From Lama glama (Eukaryota): a stretch of DNA of 64,000 bases. This document shows positions 37,700 through 64,000 of the stretch, in pieces; positions within the stretch are counted from its first letter, which is position 1; each line of letters starts with the position of its first letter. Made by a program: the position numbers and the translations under genes. Below the pieces are notes generated by a model that did not search any database, was not told the origin of the DNA, and worked only from the letters and a program-made list of their open reading frames with translations. The stretch lies in assembly GCA_028534125.1 (NCBI GenBank), contig CM052822.1:59458001-59522000 (forward strand), written 5' to 3'.

Positions 37700-40600
37700 T
37701 CAGCAGTGACTAGAGGAGTCTGGGAATGGTGAGCGATACTCTCCAGGCTCCTCAGCGCCAGGGGGCCACAGTAGCTGCTGGAAGCTCTGGGTGTTCCTGG
37801 GGAGAGAGTGGTCTGTCACCCCAGATGCCAGGGAAAGAGGACTGCCACCACCCCACAAATTTCCCCGCTCGCCCCCTCACCTGGCTCCGAGAGCCCGCAG
37901 CCGCCCGGTCCTCTCCCGGTGCGCCTGCTCCAGCTGCTCCCGCAGGGCGCGCCGCTGCCCGGCCGCGTCCTCCTGGGGCCGTACGGAGCGCTGAGCGTCC
38001 GCGCCTCCCAGCGCCCGGGTTCGATGAGGCCAGCAGGGGGCAGCACCCGGGAAGGCCCGCCCCTCCCGCTCTCCGCAGGTGTCATTGCAAGTGCGCGGCG
38101 CAAGCACATCCAAGGGCCCCGGGTCGCGCCCAGCTCGGCCGCCGCCTCCCGCCCGGGCAGGGTCGTTACGGCCCCACTGCCTTCTCCTGGGGGGGGTGGT
38201 CTTGCCTGTGGTGGGAGCTGAGCTGGGTTGGGTGGAGGTCCCAGGGGGTGCACCCGGCAGTGGCGGTTCCTGGCGATGCGGAGGCGTTCCAGGACCTGGG
38301 GGAGGCGGCTGTCAGCGGCCGCCCCGCCGCCCCTCGGTGTCCCGACAGCACGCCCGCCCGCCCGCCCGGCCCGGCCCGGCCGCGCACCCGGAGCCGCTGC
38401 TGCTCGCGGTCCTGCCGCCGGCGGCGCCTAGCCTCACGGTGCAGCTCCAGCAGCCGCTGAAGAGCCGTCTCCTGCTGCGCCGCGCTCACACCCGCCGACG
38501 ACCTCTTCCTGCCCGGGGGCTCGGGCCAAGCGGCCTTCGAGGCCTTGGGGGCTTCGGCGCCACCCCTCGACTCCCCGAGGGCGCCCGGGAGCCCCGTGGA
38601 GCCGCCCACCTCCTGCTCCGCGGGGCTGGGGCTTCCTCCCGGGCCCTGAAGCGCGTACGGATCGCGCACCAGGCCCGGGTGCCCCGAGGAAGCTGCAAGG
38701 TGCTCCAGCTGCCCGGAGCCCCCAGTGTGTCGGGCCGCTAGCATCACCACTCCTGGGCCTGGGAGTGGCGGCTGGGCTGGGGGCCTCGGGGTCGGAAGGG
38801 GAACCCACGTTCCTTCCCGGGCGGGCCCCTGCTCTCCCACGGCCGATGCCGACTCTCCTGTCCAGGCATCAGTCTTAACCTGCATCAGCTGGTTGGTCCT
38901 TCCCCGGGGGCCTGGGCTCTCCCGGCTTTCAGGCTGCGGCATCTGTTCTCCCAGGGACCTGCAGAAGTCCCCCGGAATTCCCAGGGAGCCGCCTTCCTCC
39001 GAGGGCAGTGTAGGCGCCTCTCCCTGAGCCACCTCCAGGGCTTGTGAGAGACAGCCTCTGCCGTCGGAAGACTGAAGGATCTTCACTTCCAGGCCCTGAG
39101 GAGAATCCTCACTCTGCTCCAAGAGGGCCTCCTTTCTCTGACACTTAGAGTGATTTCTGTCTTGACCTTGAGGAGCCTCTTTGTTCTCACCCTGGGGGGC
39201 CTCCCACCTTTGCCCTTCAGGGACCTCTTCTTCCCTCAGAGCCTGCATAGCCTCCACACTCTGACCCTGTTGTGTCTTCTCTCTCTTCCTCTGAGGAAAG
39301 TCTTTGTCCTTCCCCTGGGGGGCCTCCCCTCTCTGATCCTGAGGGGTCTCTTCTTTCTGCTCCTGAGGGTCCTCCTCTCTCTGACTCTGAATCATCTCAA
39401 TCCTTAGCAGCTTCTGAAGCTCTGCTCTCTCCTGGCCTGGGCTGCAGCCCAGCCCCTCCAGGGGATCTTGGGGTTCTGGCAGGCCCTGGGGCGGGAAGCT
39501 TGAGGGTCCTGGGGCTCCCTGAGCAAGCTTTTTCTCCTGTAGGCTCCTGGATGATGATCGACTGGGCCTCTGGGTTGTGGGCTCTGCTTGGCCCCTCTCA
39601 TCCCTCTGGGTCAGGTCCTAGGAAGGAAGAACACTTTGACCCAGGTTTTTGAGGCACCCCCTGTGCTAGGGCCATGTCCCGCATGGAACCCTGGAGACCC
39701 CAGTGGGCCTGTAAGGGCCCTTACCTTTTTTCCTGAATTCATTAAATCCATGTTATATAATAGAAAAGGTGCTTCACTGATAGTCCCTTCTTCCACCTGG
39801 CAGTGAGTGGGCTTCTCACCCCAGCAGCCTCCTCCCAGACAAACCCCTGCTATCCCCAATCTGAGAGGGGTCTTGCCCAGGACCCTTCAACCCTTTCACC
39901 TTGAACTCTGAGCTTCCTGGTTCCCCAAAACTGCCGGTGGTGGTGGGGTTCAGCTCTTGTAAGCAACCTGCGGGACAAAGACTGATGTTGGGAGCCCTCT
40001 GCTCCTGTCCCAGCACCCCCCCACACACACATTCCACCAGAACCAGAACCAAGAAACCTAGGGAGTCCCCAGCATGGAAGCAGGGAGGTACCCTGAGGAC
40101 TGGTATTGGAATTTCAAGGCTGTCACAGTTCATCACTCCCCTTTTATTTACACAGTCTGCTATGTGCCTGTTTGTCAGGTTTGCCTGCCAACAGCTGACC
40201 CCATCTTCCTCATCCTCCCAGCCAAGGACCACCTCAGAGGAACCTGCACACCCTCTTCCTCAGAACCACCAGGGTAGGCCTAGGAGCAGGAAGGGACTGC
40301 TTTTACCTGGCTTGTCAGTCCTTCATAAGGACTACCCCCACTTTATCCCTGTGTGCCTACCCAGCCCCACCATATGGACCTTAGTTTCTTACTATTTAGG
40401 ATAATCCTCCTTAGCTCTTTCTTGGTTTCTGACAGAAAAATCAAGTGAAATTCAAGAAGTGGAATTTTAGGCCAGAGGCTAACCTAAAAACTGCAAGTCT
40501 TCCTAATGAACAAAAGGAATCTAAAAAAAGATGAAATGTCGCTGCTCCTTTGCAGCTGTGGAGGAAGGAGCATTGTTTTGCATCCATAAAACTAGTTAAA

Positions 40601-43403
40601 AGAACTTGATTTTGTAAGGTCTTAAATTGAGAACTCTCACAAGAAATGCCATCTTTATGCAATATGGATGTGTGAATATTCATAACAGTAACCAAATGGG
40701 AATGCTCTCTGTGAAAACAAATCTGTCTTTTGAAGAGTTTCAAACAAAAGAATCTAATAAGACTCCCAAGCCTTTAGAAATTATTGCTATGAACTGTGAA
40801 AATAACCTCCAACCCCTGTCCCCTTGTCATTCTGATCTGTTGTCTTACTAGGTCATTTATTTCTCTGGTTGTAGTGTTGTAATTGATGTCTCCCACAATG
40901 TCTTCCCAGGTAATAATATACTTGTAAAAATCTCTCTGTCGGTCAGAAATAATCATTGGCACTTTCCTCCTCTCTCCCGGGCATGATGGCACAATTGAAG
41001 GCTTATGACTTTGCCAGGCCTATTATTTAACAAATCACTTGAGAGCCTGTTTCATTTAAACTAACAGGCCCAGGGCTCACAGCATCCATCCTACTGAGTT
41101 CTGATCCCTGTTTATTGTCATACTCTCTCACTAGGCTATGATTTCCTTAGAGATGAGGACAAGTGATGAGCCAAGTCTCTCTTGTGCTGTTTCTCCCCAG
41201 TGCCTGGCATGCGGGTGGCAACTAGGCAGCTTGGAGCGGCCATTCAAGTCCCTCCTCCCTGGGCAGCCGTGGACAGTGATTCCCAGCTCTCTCCCCTCTG
41301 TACCCCAGCTTAGCTTCAGAATCCTCTTGGACACAGTGCCTGAGACAGCTGGTACTAATCAGGTGGAATTGGCATATAAAAGAAAATCTACCTGTTGTCC
41401 CTGGGTGCCCCTGGCACCCCCCCAAAAAGTACGAGGCAAGGAATAGGTGAGGATGGACTGAAATCCCAGGACTTGGGGTGAGGGCTTCCCCAATCCTCCC
41501 AACCTAGGCTGGCCACTCCAGCCCAGGGACGCCTGTTCTCCTGGCTGCTAACCCCTCCTGTCAACGTACCAGGCGTGGACTCTGCAGGCATGCCAGGGCT
41601 CTCCCACCTTGGGTCTGCATTACTCCTGGCTTCACTTAGATCCCGGGCTGATGATGGGTCCACCGACTGCCCCCTGCAGGAATGCAAAGACTGCCTCAGA
41701 TGCACCTTTTGCATCTGGGCTCTGGAGAGACAGGGGCACCCTGCCTCCCAGACTCCCTGCCCCCAGTAGGCTGCTAAGCCGTCCCACTCCAACACCCAAG
41801 CTCAGTCCAGGGCATCTTTCCCCAACTCTGTACCCATCACTGGGTCCCAGGAGCTGGAACTCGAGGTTACCCTTTCCAGGGGCTGTGGGCAACCATATTT
41901 ATGGATACAATTGAGTGAGAGCCCCAGGAGGAGCTGGGGGAATGAGGAGGGGTCGATGGGCAGGGGTATGGAGAGAGACAGAACGAAGGATCCAGTGCTT
42001 GGTTGCTTAGTGTGGCAACATGGAGTGGATGAAATTCCCTGGGAGAAAGGCTCACCCCTCCAGGAGCTGATGGGTCTGGTTCAGGGAGTCCTCAGCAGGA
42101 GGCGATGAGCACAGCCTGGAACTCTGGAAGGGTTGGGGGCTGCCTAGTCCATAGGGCATCAACCTCCAGTGTAGTGGGCGACCTCCAAGCCCCCAGTGAT
42201 CCCTCCTCCTGGTATCCGTGTCCTTGTGTGACCACCCTCCTCTTCCCCTCCAAGTGAAGGAGTTTGGAAATGGATCCCTCCTGCCCACTCTAGCCTTCAG
42301 TTGAGACTGTAGTCCTGGCCAAAAGTGTTGGCTGGACACTTCTTCAGTGGTAATCGCTAACACCCCCTCCTGCCACAGCTACTAACCTGCCCAAAAGGCC
42401 TCGGGCAGTTGACGGCTGAGCTGGGACTGGGAGGCACATCCTAGTTCCCAGTCGCCACAGCTCCCTCCTTCCTGGAGGGAGGGACCAGGCACTGGGGCTG
42501 CTCAGGGTCTCATCTCAGAGGCACCCTGGGAATCAGTGCCTCCACCCTCTGGGCCCCACCAGGCCTGCTTTCCTCCCGCACTGCAGCCATGTCCAAAGGC
42601 TTCTAGGTGTCAACACGCAGTTGATTTGACCAAGATAGTTCACTATGGAATGGTAACGAGCCGGGACAGTCCTGGGTACCAGATACAGTCCCCCCTGCAG
42701 CCCCCTGAGAAAGAGCTATTATCTTCCCCATTTCGTAGCTGAGGAAACAGGCTCACAATCACAAGGAGCGTCAGCAGAGATTTGAACCCAGATCCCTCTA
42801 TCTCTAAGCCCTTCTACTTCTCAACCACTTTAAGTGTCCCAAAGTCCCACTGACTGCCCCCCTGCCTTCAGCTCACCCAACTTGTCCGCTGCTCAGAGCC
42901 CCCATCCATCCTACCATGGGGCATGCTGCCCTGGCTCCATGCACACTGGGCCTGGCCTCTCAGACCACAAAGCTGGGCCCGGTGGGGCCAGAAGAGGCCC
43001 AGCCCTGCCCCGGTCAGCAGCTCCAAGTCCCACAGGAGCTGCAGGAAGACAGGGTGCCAGAATGTGAAGGGGCACCCACCCTGCCCTCTGCCACATCCCC
43101 TGGCCGGCTGGACCTTACCTGCTCCTGGGCCCGCCGGCTCCGCTCCATCTGCAGTAGCACCGTGGGCAGTTCCAGGCCTGAGGGACAGGCCTGGCCCTCT
43201 TGTACCTGGGGAGGCAAAGTGGAATCAGGCCCCACGGAGAGCCCACCCCCTTGAAAACAGTGCCCCTCCGCCCTCACCTGCTGCAGGGCAGCCCAGAGCT
43301 GGCCCAAGCCTGCAGGGCAGTGGAAGATGCGCTGGTACAGGGCCAAGGCCTGCTTGAGGCTACAAGGGAGCCCTCGGCCCCCAGGAGTGGCTGTCTGCTC
43401 CAT
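37700..43403 (-). CDS. Uncharacterised multi-exon gene, ~661 aa (Q/E/P-rich repeat, C-terminal Arg/Glu-rich helical region)
   Basis: Nine exons with compatible phases: 43403-43278, 43205-43119, 43038-42915, 39967-39900, 39796-39725, 39617-38388, 38295-38206 (GC donor), 37972-37881, 37796-37700 (TGA). 1986 nt open end to end. Exons 1-3 and 6-9 are well supported; exons 4-5 are less certain. Confidence 0.72.
37860..38860. other. Intragenic CpG island over the 3' coding exons of the uncharacterised gene
   Basis: Very high CpG density with no visible gene start here. Confidence 0.75.
39093..39383 (-). repeat. Coding 24-nt (8-aa) tandem repeat, ~12 units
   Basis: QREEDPQE/QKEETPQD/QRGEAPQG/KDKDFPQR/KREKTQQG/QSVEAMQA/LREEEVPEG/QRWEAPQG/ENKEAPQG/QDRNHSKC/QRKEALLE/QSEDSPQG. 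Confidence 0.8.
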
Positions 43404-43709
43404 GGGGTAGGGGGCCAGTGAAGATGATCCTGCCTTCCTCTCCCTCTGCTGCTCCTCGAGAGAGGAGGAGGACCAGGAGCTGGGGACAGGAGCAAGGAGG
43501 AGACAAAGGCTCCTGAGCTAAATAATGCAGCTCCCTGACATCTGAGCCAGGGCCTGGGCCTCAGCCAAGTCTCATAGAGATGCTGACCTGACTCTGATGC
43601 GGGTTTCTTGGCCATCTGGGTGGCAGTGTGGGGTAAGGAGTAAGATCCTGATAAAGAGGTGTGTGCAGGTGCTCATTTGCAGTCCGGAACGAGCATCAGT
43701 TTTACATAG

Positions 43710-43913
43710 ATAGTTGAACCTTCAACAGCTCAGGGGTTAGGGATGCTGACCCTCCACCCAGTGGACAATCCAGATATCACTTATAGTTGGCTCTCCGTAT
43801 CGGCAGTTCCTCCCTATCCAAGGAGTCAACCAATAGTGGACGGTGTAGTTCTGCAGTATTTACATTGAAAAAAATCTGAGTATAAGTAGGCCCATTGTTC
43901 CAAATGTCAACTG
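43710..43913 (-). mobile_element. MER8-like non-autonomous Tigger (Tc1/mariner) DNA transposon
   Basis: Degenerate terminal inverted repeats (tagttgaaccttcaacag...tgtcaactg) ending at TA. The interior resembles the remembered MER8 consensus in reverse. Confidence 0.7.
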
Positions 43914-44266
43914 TACGTGTTATGCTTGCAACTGCATTGTATGGGTATGTGATGTGCCCAGTACAGCAGCAGCTCCCAGCAGCTTACTGTGTGCCAGGAC
44001 ACAGAAGCCTATGTCCGTGTAATCCTTCCTCGAAGCAACTCGACAAAGTAGGTGCTACTACTCTCATCCCCAGTTCACAGTCAAGAAAACGGCCCCAGAG
44101 AATAAGTTGCCCTAACTAACAGGCGGCACTATCTCCTTCATTGGAGACAGACGGCCATGAGAATCAGGCTCTGGGAAAATGTGGTCCCAAGTATAAGCAG
44201 GGATGCTCTTCCCCAGTGCTCACTGCAAGTGGCCCGAGCGCAGAGTGCTATCTGTTGGTTACTCTG

Positions 44267-44272
44267 TTTATT
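44267..44272 (-). terminator. Candidate KCP polyadenylation signal (AATAAA)
   Basis: Plus-strand TTTATT. First canonical minus-strand signal I find after the KCP stop at 45201. Confidence 0.5.
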
Positions 44273-45200
44273 CCCCAAGACACGTGAGATGCAGACAGAT
44301 GAGAACACAGTTTGCATGACTTATGACAAGGGGAGGGAACGGGCGTAGGAGATGGTCTGTAGTCTCCACACCTCCTGCCACCATGAGCAGTCCTGCCTGT
44401 AACTGCTTTGTAAGGGCTCCGTGAAAGGGGCCCCAGCAGAAATGGGCTGAGCAAGCAGGGAGGGGGTCTCAGTTCAGCCCAAAGCTCGCTCTCCCTTTGC
44501 TCCCTGTTGGAATAATAAGGTTCCTGCAATGAGAATTGAGTGCCCCGATCTTTTAGCTAAGGTCCCTAAAACCCTAAGGTCACACACCTGGTAGGTGGCA
44601 AAGAGAACTCAAAATAGAGTTTTCTTTGAAGAGACTTCTTGTCAAATTGATTTTTTTTCAACTTCAAAACCCACATTCCTTCCCCTATAAGGATGTCTTT
44701 GAAAGTTGCACGTGTCCCCTCCTACATGTCCATCTGGGGTGGGTGTTGCTATGAACACACACAGATGTACATGGGTTTCACATGTGTCTGTATGTCATCA
44801 CAGACACATTGTCTCTCCTGTTCCCTACTCCAGGTGGGGGATCCCTATGTCACCAGCTCTTAGAGTGGCCCAGGAAGTGCCTGAGCACTCGGTATTGGGA
44901 TGGCTCGGGGTACAGGTGCAAAGAATGGGTAAGGTCCCACAGCTGCCACCACCCTGACCCTGGAAACATTGACCTCTGGATCCCAGGTTCCAAGCAGCCC
45001 ACACCAGAACCCCTGCAGCAGGAGGAAGCACACATACACGAAAGGAAACCTTAGGGGAGGCCCCAAGTTTACTGCTCCAACTCAACACAGCTGGGGTCTC
45101 TGTGGGCCCTGGGCCTGGGCTCTGAGTGCCCAGGCAGGGTGGGAGCTGCTTGCCAAGGGGAGACTTCTGGCCTGAGGAGTCCTGGTAGTGTCATCCTGGC

Positions 45201-63970
<18,770 letters not shown>

Positions 63971-64000
63971 CTGCAAAACCAGGGCCAGGCCCCCAACTAA

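Noticed and set aside
37726-38741. Plus-strand 244-aa and 220-aa ORFs in the CpG island
   Set aside because: Antisense shadows of the minus-strand exons in extremely GC-rich sequence.
41608-42115. Two extra minus-strand exon candidates (42115-42056, 41721-41608) inside intron 3 of the new gene
   Set aside because: Both are open only as phase 2-2 exons, and intron 3 is phase 1. They need further exons that I could not identify, so they are left out of the model. This is unresolved rather than disproven.

Overview
Mammalian genomic DNA, most likely a camelid: there is a Vic-1-like tRNA-derived SINE at ~62.4-62.6 kb. The window is syntenic with the human 7q32 FLNC-ATP6V1F-ATP6V1FNB(SPMIP1)-KCP block. 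+ strand: complete FLNC (48 exons, CDS 2094-28608; most of exons 45-46 lie in N gaps), ATP6V1F (2 exons; most of exon 1 in an N gap) and ATP6V1FNB/SPMIP1 (2 exons, 176 aa). - strand: the 3' 37 exons of KCP (63970->45201; 5' end beyond the window). The most notable item is a gene I do not recognise, lying on the - strand between KCP and SPMIP1. It can be built as 9 phase-compatible exons (43403->37700, ~661 aa), with an 8-aa tandem repeat, an Arg/Glu-rich helical C-terminus and a GC-AG intron. Its predicted 3' UTR overlaps SPMIP1 exon 2 in antisense. Also notable are a degenerate ~37-bp tandem array of hairpin-forming units in FLNC intron 8 and a shortened FLNC hinge-1 exon. Exon coordinates were read by hand from splice signals and checked for frame and phase. 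Comparisons with human genes and repeat consensuses are from memory, not from searches.
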